Below are positions 1 through 11,823 of a stretch of 64,000 bases of DNA, one piece after another. The notes beneath the pieces are model-generated. The model was not told where the DNA came from. It was given only the letters and a program-made list of their open reading frames with translations, and did no database searches. The DNA is from an uncultured Acidobacteriota bacterium (GTDB lineage Bacteria; Acidobacteriota; UBA6911). Location: NCBI GenBank assembly GCA_963809485.1, contig CAWEJX010000015.1:128001-192000 (forward strand). The letters are read 5' to 3'. Within the stretch, counting starts at the first letter, position 1; each line of letters begins with the position of its first letter. The position numbers were made by a program, and so were the translations under genes.

Positions 1-1199
1 GGCCAGGATATGGACAGAGAATATGCAGATCCGAACCCGACCGCGGCCAAGAGTGCGTGGTTAGGGTCTATGGGCTTTCGAAGTAAAAGCAAACGAGCAA
101 TAAAAACTACATACATCAAAAAGCCCCCCAGCAGTGTGACGTAGCACAATATGAGTGTTGCCAATCGACTGCCGTTTGGCGGAAGTCCTTTGATGCGGCT
201 GCCAACAACAATGGCCACAATAGCTAAAACTGCTGCCAACCAATACCATTCTGATACTTGAACAGGTTCCTTTTTTCGCCCGCTCCAATGTATCAAATTC
301 CATACTGCTAGAATCAGGACAGCCGCAGCCGCAGCGAATGCATAGCTAAGCATTTTAAATGTAAGGTGTATCGGGCGGAAAAGAGAGAGAACCAAGCCAC
401 CTTTGCTTGAGGGGCCCTTTGCGAATACCTGTTCCCAAAAAACTTCAAATAAACCATCGTCCAGAAGCCAAAAAAAGGTAAAAGCAAATATCGCGCATGT
501 ACCTATCGCAAGACCTGCAATAATAGGCAACGCCCCTTTTGTCTCGCGCCTATTCCAAAATACAAGTGAAAGAGTTCCGATAACTACTGCAAGACAAATA
601 ATGCCGACGGACTGTTTCACGGCACAGGCAAAGCCCAGGAATATGCCGCTAATTAGAGCGAGAGCAAGTCTGTGCCCGTGGCGCTTCGCATAACAGGCGG
701 CAGCCAAAACCCATGTCCCGAGCAGACAAGCGTCGACAGAAATATGATTATAGAAAAAGGGATAATCGGCAATATCGCCAGATGCGAAAACAAAAGCTGC
801 CACGACCACGAAAGAGGAAAATGCTGGCCTAGCGATCCTGCAAAGCCAAAAGTAGAGCCCAACCGCACTTACCAGTCGCAATAATGCCCCAAATGCCCAC
901 AAAACAATAAGCCGATCCCCCCCGATAGTGGTAAGCGCTCTTATCAGCCAGATCGATCCTGGCGGACTGGATACGTAAAAATCTCTAAAAGGCAAAAAAT
1001 TGAACCTGCTGCTAATTGCGCAAAACAGCTCTCCACCGAATGTGGGAGATAGATATCGGTTCCACCATAAAGAAAGGAAAAATGCCGTCGTGGCCAGAAC
1101 AGCAAATGCACCCAACCATTCCTCGAGGTTTACACGTAAGCTTGGCGGCAAGATTTCAGTCCCATTCTGATGTTTGTATCCGTTGAGACCGATTATCAT
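1..1199 (-). CDS. Polytopic GT-C-like membrane glycosyltransferase, 3' end outside the window (absent from ORF track)
   Basis: Hand translation from ATG at 1199 (GAGAGG RBS) stays open to base 1: MIIGLNG...WWNRYLSPTFGGE...LPFRDFYVSSPPG...FACAVKQSVG. Many hydrophobic helices; LP(F/Y)RDF..PPG and KQ motifs are typical of GT-C/PMT-like proteins. Confidence 0.75.
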   Translation of the reverse strand, partial: MIIGLNGYKHQNGTEILPPSLRVNLEEWLGAFAVLATTAFFLSLWWNRYLSPTFGGELFCAISSRFNFLPFRDFYVSSPPGSIWLIRALTTIGGDRLIVLWAFGALLRLVSAVGLYFWLCRIARPAFSSFVVVAAFVFASGDIADYPFFYNHISVDACLLGTWVLAAACYAKRHGHRLALALISGIFLGFACAVKQSVGIICLAVVIGTLSLVFWNRRETKGALPIIAGLAIGTCAIFAFTFFWLLDDGLFEVFWEQVFAKGPSSKGGLVLSLFRPIHLTFKMLSYAFAAAAAVLILAVWNLIHWSGRKKEPVQVSEWYWLAAVLAIVAIVVGSRIKGLPPNGSRLATLILCYVTLLGGFLMYVVFIARLLLLRKPIDPNHALLAAVGFGSAYSLSISW

Positions 1200-1305
1200 T
1201 GATATCCTCTCACCCCTATTTCGAGCTTTGTCGATTTTGGTCTTCTATGCCCACCACTGGCTAGAAACTCTCCCGCGAATAGGTTTCCTGAACATATAGC
1301 AGAAG

Positions 1306-2270
1306 TTAGCCTTGGCGCGAAAAAATGCTGACTGTATCAGAGTTATCGAAATTGATCCGTTCTTTTTCAACTACCAGAGGACGTTTGAGCACCTGCGTGT
1401 GAATAGATCCGAGATATTCGCCGATAATTCCGATAAAAAACAATTGAACGGCGGAAAAGAAAAAAATGCCGATTATAATGGGAGCCATGCCAACCTGGAA
1501 ATTATTCCAAAAGATCAGCTTGTAGATCAAATAACCCAGCGCCACCAACAAGCTGAGTGAGCCGACGCAAAATCCCGCCCACGTTGCCAAGCGAAGAGGT
1601 ATTTTCGAATGACTGGTTATTCCAAGCATGGCGATGTCGTACAAAGAATAAAAATTCTGTTTGGTGAGGCCCCGCTTTCGCAATGGTTGCCGGTATGGAA
1701 TTTCCGTCCGTTCAAATCCGACATCGCAAATCAATCCCCGGAAATAAGGCATCGGATCCTCGATTGTCCTGAGGATGTCTATAATACGGCGGTCGTATAG
1801 GCCAATCCGGTAAAGTTTTTCACCAACGGAAGCTCCGAAAGCCTGCCGATTAAATGGTAATACAACCGACGCATCATAAGGATAAAATGAGACTCGTCGC
1901 TTTCCCTCTTTACTCCAAGGACGATCTTATATCCAGCCTCCCATCGTTCCAAAAACAAGGCGATCATGTCGGGCGGATCCTGGAAATCGGCTACCATCGT
2001 GATAACGGCGTCGCCCGACGCCTGCAGGAGCGCGTGGTGTGGCGACCGCGTGCACCCAAAATTGCGCGAATTGATAATGACCTTGATCCTGTGATCGGAT
2101 GCCGCGAGATGCCTTAGAATGGCCTGAGAACTGTCTGTCGAATCGTTGTCGATGATTATGTGTTCGTATTCATATTTGCCTATGCGCGCAAAAACCTCAC
2201 GCACGCTCCGACAAAGCATCTCAAGGTTTTCTTCTTCATTATAGCAGGGCGTGACAATGGAAATCAGCAT
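1306..2270 (-). CDS. GtrB/ArnC-like polyprenol-phosphate glycosyltransferase (GT2 plus 2 C-terminal TMs); one apparent indel near 1805
   Basis: MLISIVTPCYNEEENL...IIIDNDSTD...SRNFG...ADFQDPP. Restoring one base at ~1805 gives NFTGFGLYDRRIIDILRTIEDPMPYFRGLI, which joins ORF 1306..1752 with two TM helices. Confidence 0.88.
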
Positions 2271-2286
2271 TTGCAACCCGTTCTTT

Positions 2287-3359
2287 TCATTTGAGATAAT
2301 CCTCGTCGATGAAGACTTCCTTATAGCATACCGGAGGTTCCCTTCCCTCAAGCTTGCATATATAATGATCCAGGAATTCTCCCTTGACGCTTCCCAGACA
2401 CGTCTCCTGACGCTGTCCAAAAATCTTATATTCATGCCTCGCTCAAGAATATGCTTCAAGGGTTCTTCAAACACATTGCCGATGGACACGTGAATCCAGG
2501 GACACGGCATCACATCACCGTACCGAGTAATTGACACCATACGCTTAACCGCAATGCACCCTAGGTCAAGACCATATGTTGAAACAAGATGAGTAAAAGC
2601 GTTATATCTTTTTTCAAATTCCCGAACATGGATTAGGTCTTCTTGCGTGAGAATTACATCAGAATGGCCTTCCCATTCCCCAGCCAACTTCGCGAGCATC
2701 AGCACAACGCCGACTCCCAATTTCTCCGTGAACTCCAGAAAATCAATGAATTCCTGCGAGTACGCCCGCTGTTTGGTAACGACCGTGTTCAATAATACGG
2801 AGAGCTCAGCATTTAGGGAGGCGTCAATAGCCTTCAGCACGCGGGCATGTGAGCCGGGTTTCCGGCGAAAATCATCGTGTTCTTTCGGCGAAATGCTGTC
2901 CAGACTCAAATGTACTTTTTCAATACCAATGCTCTTTAGATGCCGCGCCTTCTTATCGTCCAGAAACCATCCATTAGAGTCGATTGCAATATAGAACTTA
3001 TTCGGATCGATGGCTTCCACCAAAAGATCTAGATCATGAAAAATGAGTGGTTCGCCGCCGGTAATTGTTACGTGCGCCAATCCCAATTCATCGGCCTGCC
3101 TAGAAAGCTCACGAACATCATCGAGTGTAAAATGGCGCCGGTGTTGTTTCATCTTGCTGATACAACAATGCTTACAGTGGAAATTGCACCTATAGTCATA
3201 CTGAAATTGCAAAATAGCAATGCTCTCGCCACGCATTGCCTTTGCAGCATAATTGATCACCTTCTCGTAAACGCGAGGCCGCGCGCTCTTGAGATATTCG
3301 CGCTTTCTCACTTCGACTTCCGTTAAGGATCCCTTAACTGTTGACATTTCTGTTTTCAT
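2287..3359 (-). CDS. Radical SAM protein with SPASM/Twitch-like C-terminus; one apparent indel near 2420
   Basis: CNFHCKHC (CxxxCxxC), TGGEP, C..KRMVSITRYGDVMPCP..SIGNV. Adding one T to the T5 run at 2419-2423 gives RFFGQRQETCLG...EDYLK and a stop at 2287. Confidence 0.88.
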
Positions 3360-3654
3360 GAATTAAAACTTTCCAAACGAAGTTCACTCGATCCTTTCCG
3401 GTATTTTTCTAAGGGAAAATATACCCAAGAAACATGCAGCTGAATATTGCACTGGGTGTGGACGGAGCGAATTATCACAATTTACTCTTACCTCCCCTAA
3501 CTTTATGCGAAGTCTTTCCACCCCTCCTCGGGATATTATCTGTGCGCCATAATACCAATAGCTATATGAATCTCTAGAGCCAATAAACAAGCGATTTCAG
3601 CCTCGATACTCATGTCGGCCGCCCCTTTGGCTCGGATTCCTTACTATTTGCACA

Positions 3655-5466
3655 TCAGTTTTCTCGCAAGGCTTTAATGATCATGTTGTCGAGGAACTCC
3701 TCTCGCGACAGAAATGGCCAAAGATCTTCCAGTGGCTTGGAATAGATTGAGCCATCCTCACGCACCGTCGTTGAAATACAGGGCATTCGAATCTCTTCCG
3801 GATCGATCGTTACGTCGCAGATAACAGGTCCTTGCGTATGGATTACACGTCGAATTTTTCGCAAAAGGTCTTTTTGATTCTCAATCTTGGCTGTCGCGAT
3901 TCCATAAGCTTTTGCCACACGAGTCAAATTGGGCAGCATCAAGCCGCTTGAAGCATCCGAGCCAACGAAACGTCCGGCAAAATGGTTACGCTGCATTGTC
4001 CGTATGGAAGCATAACCTTGGTTGTTTAATACGAATACCTTCACCGGCAACTGCAGCCTGGCAAGGGTGGCGAGCTCCTGAATGTTCAGCTGAAAACCTC
4101 CGTCTCCGTCAATGCAAACCGTCTGTCTTACCCCACCACCTAAACATGCTCCTATCGCGGCCGGCAAGCCCAAATCCCATGGCGCCGAGACCGCCCGTTA
4201 AGAAGGCTCGTTGTCCTTCCTTTGACTGGAAGGCTAACATAAATATCTCAATGGCCGCTCCAGAACTGCAAAGCACAATCAGGTCGTTCTGGTCCAGCTC
4301 TTTAGAAAGCACTTCGCTGAAAAAATATGTGCTGACAAATTGAGACAGCGATCGATGTTCGGGCAAGTACAACAGGGTATCTTTGCTTCCAATCCCGGCA
4401 GCGTTGAAGCCAAGAGATGCGATTCTTTCGATGAATGCTTTCTCCGCTGGCGCAACATTTCCTGGATAAATGCACCGGCCTCAGCATGCACCGCAAGCTC
4501 GATAGGCGTATTCATTTTTTGAATTTCCGCCGGATCTATATCGACCATGATCTTTCGGGCAGCTCGAGCAAAATTTGCATGGTTATAGCCTGTTTGCACC
4601 GGATCCAGCCGGCATCCCAACACAAGGAGACAGTCACAGTTCTGAAGGGCAAAATTGGCGCCTCTTGAAGCAAACGCGCCCGGGCGCCCCACATAAAGTG
4701 GATGCTCGTAAGGCATCAGATCCAATCCGTTGGTCCGGCTGGTTAGAACCGGTACACCTAATTCATCAACCAGTTTCCTGAACTCTTTGCAGGCTCCGGA
4801 TAGATGCACGCCGTTGCCCGCAAGGATGATTGGTCGCTCTGCCCGATTGATCATTTCCATCGCTTTCTTCACATATTCAGCAAGCGCAGCCGAATCAAAA
4901 GCTGGGGGCAGTTCAGCGGGATTGAATCCCATGAGTTGATCGGGATTAATAGATGCAGCTTGAACATCCAAAGGAATATCGATCCATACCGGCCCGGGCC
5001 TTCCATAGCGGGCCAGAAATAATGCTTTTTCCAGGTGATATCGTATCGTCGCCGGGTCAATGATAGTAACCGCATATTTGGTAATAGGCTTTACAATCGA
5101 GACAATGTCGACTTCCTGGACGCCCATCTGCCGGACACCAGAATTTAGCATCAGGTCCGATCGCTTTACCTGCCCTGAAAGAACGAGACAAGGAGTGGAT
5201 TCGATCCATGCTCCGGTAATTCCTGTAAGCGCATTCGTGCCTCCAGGCCCTGACGTTACCAGCACAACGCCCAGATCTCCCGTAACGCGGCCATAGGCCT
5301 CTGCAGCTATTGCAGCCGCCTGTTCATGGAGCATGCATACGGGCCGGATGGCCCGGCAGAGGCCGAGGGAATCCACCAAATGCATTGCCCCTCCCCCAGG
5401 AAGGAAGAAGACATGCCGGATCTTTCTTTTCGCCACCGTTTCGAAAACGTAGTCAGTAAGTTTCAA
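3655..5466 (-). CDS. ThDP-dependent acetolactate-synthase-like enzyme (YerE-like in this context); three apparent indels (~4445, ~4366, ~4170)
   Basis: MLHEQAAAIAAEAY, VTSGPGGTNA, RPGPVWIDIPLD, GAMGFGLPAAIG and DGDGGFQLNIQEL...LNNQGY are spread over consecutive ORF pieces. Confidence 0.88.
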
Positions 5467-5598
5467 GGCAAAATCACAAAAAATGAGAAAAAGGTTTTAT
5501 GGTCGGTGACCCATCGAGACAATCAATCTCATAAGCAAATCATAGTTCTTAAGGAAATGCCGGCCCCCAACCATGGGAAAGCAATGCCATTGGGTTCG

Positions 5599-7101
5599 CT
5601 ATCGCATCCAGTATGTAACAAGTGTTTTTCTCTCTGCATTTGCCATAATCAACGGGTCCGTATAATAGGAATCCTCAACATGGTGCTTGGTGGAAATTTC
5701 CTCTATTACCGCCCCGGTCAGAGACCGCATCGTGTGTTTCACCGCTCTTTCGGCTGTAACCACATCCCCTGCACGGTACAGCTGCTCTTTACCATTCAAG
5801 CCGATGTACACGTCGCCATATAGAATATGAAAAGTCTCTTCTTTTAGCTGATGATATTGCTCGGGATGCAGCTGATTGGGTAGCATTACCAGCAGTTTCT
5901 TGCAGTACTCGCGGTTGACGATCTCAAGCATTGTAATGCCGACTTGGCGGAATCTGTCGATCCCATGATGATGGGATATTTCCATATTCACCTGGCTTGG
6001 CAATGATAGGTTGCTGTCCTTGAGTACCTGTTTTACTTCCTGAATGGCCTCATATATTTTATCTCGGTTATTGACTATCCTTAGCTGGGTCTTGAGAACT
6101 GGTTTGTTCTCACTGATTTCCTCTGGGTGTGAAACTCGATGTATTTCGACATTTCATTTGCCGTCAATTGACCATCCTGAACGGGGAATAGCCATGAAAA
6201 TATCACCGGTTGTAATCGGGATCCTTTGGTAATTTTTCGTTTTGCGTAGATGCCGCGCCGTAGACCCTGCAGGTTGGAAAGCTCCTGTTGGCTTGGATTA
6301 TAACGGTTGTCTTGTGGTCCGCACATCATGAATGCCAGGTTGGGCCGATTCTAGCCATCGGCGAACCTGCTCTGGAGTTGAGGAATAGCTGTTTACAGAT
6401 ATACCTTCCCCTGCCACAGCCACATGCTTCTCGAATATATCCGCGCCTTTTGCTATGGCAAGTTTTATGGGATCGGATTGATCAGGCGATTCATGGGTTG
6501 AAAATCCCACAGGAACCTGAGGGTATCGTGCTCGAAGCAGGTCAATCTGATTCATGGCCAGCTCCTCGGGCATTGCCGGATAGGACGCGATGCAATGCAT
6601 CAGAGCCATATCCTTCTGCCTGTGCTGGAAAAAGCTTACCACCTTGTCAATATTATCGATGGACTCACCGGCGACCGAAGCAATTACCGGCTTGGAAGTC
6701 ATCACGATTCGTTCCAGCAGCGGCCAATCAGTAAAAGAACAACTGGCAACCTTTATGATATCAATGCCATGTTGTTCAATCAGATCGACGGAAGCCTCGT
6801 CAAAGGGCGTACAGATAGATATCATTCCCAAGGAATCCAGTTCCTCCTTGAGCCTGCGGAATTGATCCGGGCTTAGGCGTGTTTCAATGAACCGTCGGAC
6901 ATATTTCAGACTACTGTTGCGATACTCCGGATGGATGAATGTATCCAGGTCACGGTACTGAAACTTAAATGCAAAGTGCCAGGGGAATGAACGCGATATT
7001 CTGGAAATCTCCCGTATGATGCGCAGACCCAGCTCGGGCCGTCCCATGTGGTTGTTGGCCAGTTCAAATACGAACAAGGGTGTGACATCGCTGAGTTTCA
7101 T
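5599..7101 (-). CDS. NeuB-family synthase fused to SAF and a C-terminal D-lyxose-isomerase-like cupin; several apparent indels between ~6100 and ~6330
   Basis: ELANNHMG, FKFQ, CTPFDE, KVASCS, HCIASYP, GFSTHE, FEKHV; LRRGIYAKR (SAF); YCKKLLVMLPNQLHPEQYH..KEETF (cupin). AAGGAG RBS before ATG 7101. Confidence 0.85.
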
Positions 7102-7176
7102 GCCGGTTCTCCTTAAGGCAAATATGGCGGCGACGTCCAAATATCATCAATGAGGCAAGGATTCTCCTCAGTCAGC

Positions 7177-8218
7177 TCAGTTAGAGTTACAGCCATAATA
7201 GTCGATTGTGCGGCTTATTGCGTCGGGGAGGGAAATCGAGGATGTTAGCCCCAGTTCAGCCCTTGCCTTGCTTACATCAGGGACATATCGCTCGGAAAGC
7301 ACATTGTGTCTTGCCCGCTTTTTAATATGAACCTCGACACCTCCGCAGACTTCGGCAACACATGCAGCAATTTCTGCAATTGTCATTTCCTGATCCGAAC
7401 CCACGTTATAGGCTTGGCACTGTTTTCCTTCAAACAAAATCGACCATAGCCAGACCGCTAAATCAGCTGCATACAAATAGGAACGATAACTTGTACCATC
7501 GCTTTCCACAATTATTGGCCCGCCGCGAAGTGCGTCACGGATAAAATTTCCAATAGCAAAGTGGCCATCCAAAGGCAGATATGGCCCAACAAAGGCAAAA
7601 CATCGGCCCGTTTTTACGTGGATCCCTGCATCACGAGCGTAGATGCTGCAAAGAAGCTCAGCACAACGTTTGCCTTCCCCATAGGCAGACTCCGGATTCA
7701 TGGTTTCCGGGCCGGAACTGCACTCTTCAGAAATATGGGTGATCGAGGGCAATTGCCGGCCATAGACTGCCCCTGAACTGATAAGCAAAAAACTCTTAGT
7801 ATTATGGCTGACAGCAAAGTCCAATACCCGTCGAGTACCGGCAATAATGGTGTCCAGCATGACTAGGGGATATCGAGTGTTCAGATCTGATGCTGACTCA
7901 GCAGCGGCGTGGATGACAAACGGAAATTCTCCCTCAGGAAAGGCAAAATTCCTAACATCGCCGTTCACAAAACTGATATCCGGATTATGTGCCAAATGTG
8001 GTGCTTTTCGCGCGAATGCATCGATGTTGCGAGTAAGCACACATGTGCTGGCATTTAACGAAAGATTGAGATTTGCCCACGCAAAGCTCTCCAGGAGCCA
8101 GCTGCCAATAAATCCGGTACCGCCGGTAATGAAAACTCTCTGGTTGCGCATTCCTTCCCAAAGGCTGCCGGTCAGGGTAAGTATGTGATCCAGATCCTTT
8201 TCCCAAACGATTACCCAC
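7177..8218 (-). CDS. NAD-dependent sugar epimerase/dehydratase/reductase (extended SDR); likely extra G near 8203
   Basis: [23 protein letters not shown] at 8218 overlaps the rfbH end and gives [13 protein letters not shown] if one G is removed; the ORF track starts at 8151. Confidence 0.88.
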
Positions 8219-9536
8219 CGGCTCTCTCCTGGCAGAAATCATGTATTGTCTGAATCATGAATTGAATCATCGATTCGCTCAGGCCGGGATAGACACCGAC
8301 CCATAACATCCGTTCCATTACGAAATCTGTGTTTTTCAGCTCTCCAACCGTTCGGCATCGGATTCCCTGGTAGGCCGGCTGACGCAGCAGATTGCCTCCA
8401 AAAAGCAGACGGGTCGCGATTTTCCTTGCCTCCAGATATTGGATTAAAGCCGTTCGCGAAAAACAGACTTCCCTACGTATCGCAAGAGGAAACCCGAACC
8501 AGCTTGGTTGCGATCTTTGCGTTGCCTGAGGCAATATAAAGAAGCATTCCAGATCTCGTAGACCTTCGCAGAGCAGACTAAAATTTCGCTGCCGCGCCTC
8601 AATAAATTGCGGCAGCCTTTTTAGCTGAGCCAAGCCGACAGCCGCCTGCATCTCGGTTACCTTCAAGTTATAGCCAATATGGGAGAAGGTGTACTTGTGA
8701 TCATAGCCTTGAGGGAGAGTTCCAAGCTGCCAGCCAAACCGTTTCCTGCAAGTATTATCTTTGCCCGGCTCGCACCAGCAGTCACGCCCCCAGTCTCGGT
8801 AAGATTCTGCAAGTTTTTTGAGCTCGGAGTGGCCTGTGACAACACAGCCACCCTCCCCCATCGTTATATGATGAGCCGGATAAAAGCTGAAGGTAGCCAG
8901 GTCGCCAAAGGAGCCGACCGAACGCCCTTCATATGTCGCACCCAAAGCGTCACAGCAATCCTCAATCAGCCAAAGGCCATGCTTTCGGGCAAAATCAACA
9001 ACCCGGGTTACATCAAAAGGATTACCCAGCGTGTGCGCCACTGCAACAGCCCGGGTTCGATCAGATAAAGCCTCTTCAAGGCGATTTGCATCGATGTTGT
9101 ATGTGGGAATGTCTATATCAACAAATACTGGGACCAGACTGTTTTGGATAATCGGATTGACTGTAGTTGGAAAGCCCGCTGCGACTGTTATAACTTCATC
9201 CCCAGGTTTTAGTTGCCGCTCACCAAGACTTGAAGAGCACAGGCAGGAAAGCGCAACCAAATTGGCGGAGGAGCCTGAGTTTACAAGCAAAGCATGCGGG
9301 AAGCCGAAGGCTCTGGAGAATTCGTTTTCAAATTTCTCGGCAAAAGGTCCGGCCGTAAGCCAGAAATCAAGCGCGGAGTCCACAAGAGATTGAATTTCTG
9401 CTGCTCCGAACACGCGGCCCGAAACAGGGACCGGGCTTTCCCCAGGTATAAACGGCCGGTCGCGAAAAGCTTCCCTATAATATTCAGCAACCAAATCATG
9501 GATCTGCTTCCGATACTGGTCCGCCGTAGCCGTCAC
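8211..9536 (-). CDS. rfbH: CDP-4-keto-6-deoxyglucose 3-dehydrase (E1, RfbH/DdhC)
   Basis: [32 protein letters not shown] (His in place of the PLP Lys), WGRDCWC..G.DNTC Fe-S motif, YDHKY. Confidence 0.95.
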   Translation of the reverse strand: MTATADQYRKQIHDLVAEYYREAFRDRPFIPGESPVPVSGRVFGAAEIQSLVDSALDFWLTAGPFAEKFENEFSRAFGFPHALLVNSGSSANLVALSCLCSSSLGERQLKPGDEVITVAAGFPTTVNPIIQNSLVPVFVDIDIPTYNIDANRLEEALSDRTRAVAVAHTLGNPFDVTRVVDFARKHGLWLIEDCCDALGATYEGRSVGSFGDLATFSFYPAHHITMGEGGCVVTGHSELKKLAESYRDWGRDCWCEPGKDNTCRKRFGWQLGTLPQGYDHKYTFSHIGYNLKVTEMQAAVGLAQLKRLPQFIEARQRNFSLLCEGLRDLECFFILPQATQRSQPSWFGFPLAIRREVCFSRTALIQYLEARKIATRLLFGGNLLRQPAYQGIRCRTVGELKNTDFVMERMLWVGVYPGLSESMIQFMIQTIHDFCQERAGG

Positions 9537-10514
9537 GACAGAAATTCCTTATACCAATGAATGGTCTTTTGCAGTCCCTGCTGAAAAGTATATTGCGGTT
9601 CCCAAGCCAGCAAACGTCGCGCTTGCTCAGCACTGAGATATTGGCGTCGAATCTCATTGGAGGCTTCATTCCGAATGTCCGGGAGCAATTCTGAGCGCAT
9701 TTCCTCCAAAATTCTGTTTACCAGGTCGAGCACCGTAATCTGCATCTCGTAGGAAAAATTGAAAGCAAGCCCGTGAAGCTCGTGGTTTTCAGCCAGGCGT
9801 TCGGCAAGAAGAATGTAGGCAGCGGCGCCATCCTCGACATAGATATAATCCCTTGTATATCGGCCGTCTGACCGTATTACCGGGCGCTCTCCATGCAGCA
9901 CGGAACGGATAGTCCCAGGTACGATTCGATTCCAGTTGAGATCGCCGCCGCCAAAAAAATTGGCGCATCGGCTTATAGCGACCGGCAGGCCATAAGTAAT
10001 TGCATAGCATTGGGAAATCAGGTCTGCGCAGGATTTACTGACATCGTAAGGGTATCGTCCCTGAAGGGCGCATTCCTCGCTATAGGGAAGCGTCTCGTGC
10101 TCACCGTAAGCCTTATCTGAAGATGCCACCAGAATTGATGCGAATACCCGGCGACCTCCGGCAGGCCTCGAGAAGGCTCCATGTCCCTCTTATATTGCTT
10201 TCAAAAGTAGAAATCGGATTATTGTTTGCGATGCCGACAATTGTTTGAGCCGCCAAATGAAAGACCGAGCTGATTTCATACTCTCCAAGTATTCGCTCGA
10301 CCAACTCCCGATCACATACATCCCCGCGAACCACCTTGATTTTGTCTATCAGCCTGTCTCGCACCAATTGGCTCTGCGGAAACCAATCCCGAACAAGACA
10401 TACAATATCAGCCCCTTTTCCCAGCAGTCGGCGCGTGAGCCAGCCTCCCAGCAGGCCTGTAGCGCCGGTAACAAACACACGACGCTCAGACCAGTAGGTA
10501 TCCTTTATAGCCAT
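9533..10514 (-). CDS. rfbG: CDP-glucose 4,6-dehydratase-like SDR; one apparent indel near 10140
   Basis: [17 protein letters not shown], (V)[25 protein letters not shown]; located between rfbF and rfbH. Confidence 0.85.
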
Positions 10515-11296
10515 ACTTTCCATGGAGCGCGTCCCGAGGACCACTGATCATTAAGATATTGATATTCGCGATAGGTGTCCATGGCATAAAAAAAGCCATT
10601 ATGCCTGAATGCCTTGAGCTGTCCGTCTGCCGATAAATTTTCAAGCGGTTCGCGTTCGAGAATGCAGTCATCGCCCCGCAGATAGTCAAATACTCCTCGC
10701 TCAAACACAAAAAAGCCCGCGCTTATCCATCCTTCAGAACGAGGCTTTTCCATGAATTGCTTAACATAGCCATCTTCATCCAGGGCAATGGTTCCGAATC
10801 TCGAAATTGGGCGAACCGTTGTAACGGTAGCCAGTTTCCCATGACTTTTGTGAAATGCAACCAGACGGCCGATATCCAGATCGGTGAGGCCGTCGCCATA
10901 TGTCACAAGGAAAGTGTCATCAGTTATATATTTCTGAATCCGCCTGATGCGTCCCCCAGTTTGAACTTCGAGACCGGTATCTGCCAGAGTCACGCAAAAA
11001 TCCTGCTCCCCATGGGAGCCATTATATTGGACATGCGATTGCTTGCCGAGGCAGATGGTAAAGTCGTTATTCATCGCCTCATAATTCAAGAAATATTCCT
11101 TGATCATATTGCCGCGGTAGCCAAGGCAAAGAATAAAGTCATGAAAACCATGTTGAGCATAAATTTTCATGATATGCCATAGAATAGGACGTCCCCCTAT
11201 TTCGACCATAGGCTTGGGACGAAATTCAGTTTCTTCCCGCAATCGGGTTCCGAGACCGCCGCAAAGCATAACCACCTTCATTGGGAAACGCTCCAT
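10505..11296 (-). CDS. rfbF: Glucose-1-phosphate cytidylyltransferase (start may be 11281)
   Basis: [56 protein letters not shown]. Confidence 0.96.
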   Translation of the reverse strand: MERFPMKVVMLCGGLGTRLREETEFRPKPMVEIGGRPILWHIMKIYAQHGFHDFILCLGYRGNMIKEYFLNYEAMNNDFTICLGKQSHVQYNGSHGEQDFCVTLADTGLEVQTGGRIRRIQKYITDDTFLVTYGDGLTDLDIGRLVAFHKSHGKLATVTTVRPISRFGTIALDEDGYVKQFMEKPRSEGWISAGFFVFERGVFDYLRGDDCILEREPLENLSADGQLKAFRHNGFFYAMDTYREYQYLNDQWSSGRAPWKVWL

Positions 11297-11823
11297 TTGT
11301 TCATGCTTTCTTACCTAAACCATCAGGCTCAAACGCGTACCTCTGCCCATTTCATCGGCGGGCTGCTTTTATATCTATACTATTCCCGGGTAAATAATCT
11401 AAGCAAAACCAAAAAAACTTCGCAAGCCAACAGAAAAAACAAACCGAGAAATCCTGCATCCGTTTCACCTATGCCAAAGGGGATGTACGGGAAGGCTTAA
11501 GATGGCATCACTTTCCAAAATTCCTCGGCAACGAGGCTGTCCCGGATCAAATAGAGAACCTCATTCCATAAACGCATTTTCTTCCCCGAATGATAAATTC
11601 CATAAAATTGATAAATTCAGGACCTTGCGGCTGAATATTAGAACAAAATCGAGCATGCCAAAACAAGGATCCGCGGAAATCCATTTCAGAGTTTCAATAA
11701 ACATTACCATGCTTAGATTCAGGGTCGCCACTGGAGCCAGGGATTCCTAAACAGTAGTTTTGCCCGAAAGAAACATCATGTGGATTAAACAACCTGTAGC
11801 ACGCAGGATTGTTGTTCAAAGCT

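Noticed and set aside
61-884. Short ORFs listed at the window start
   Set aside because: Off-frame or antisense to the continuous minus-strand gene 1..1199.
1779-3359. Apparent radical SAM-GT2 fusion protein (526 aa)
   Set aside because: Produced by one missing T at 2419-2423; the corrected radical SAM gene stops at 2287 and the GT2 has its own ATG at 2270.
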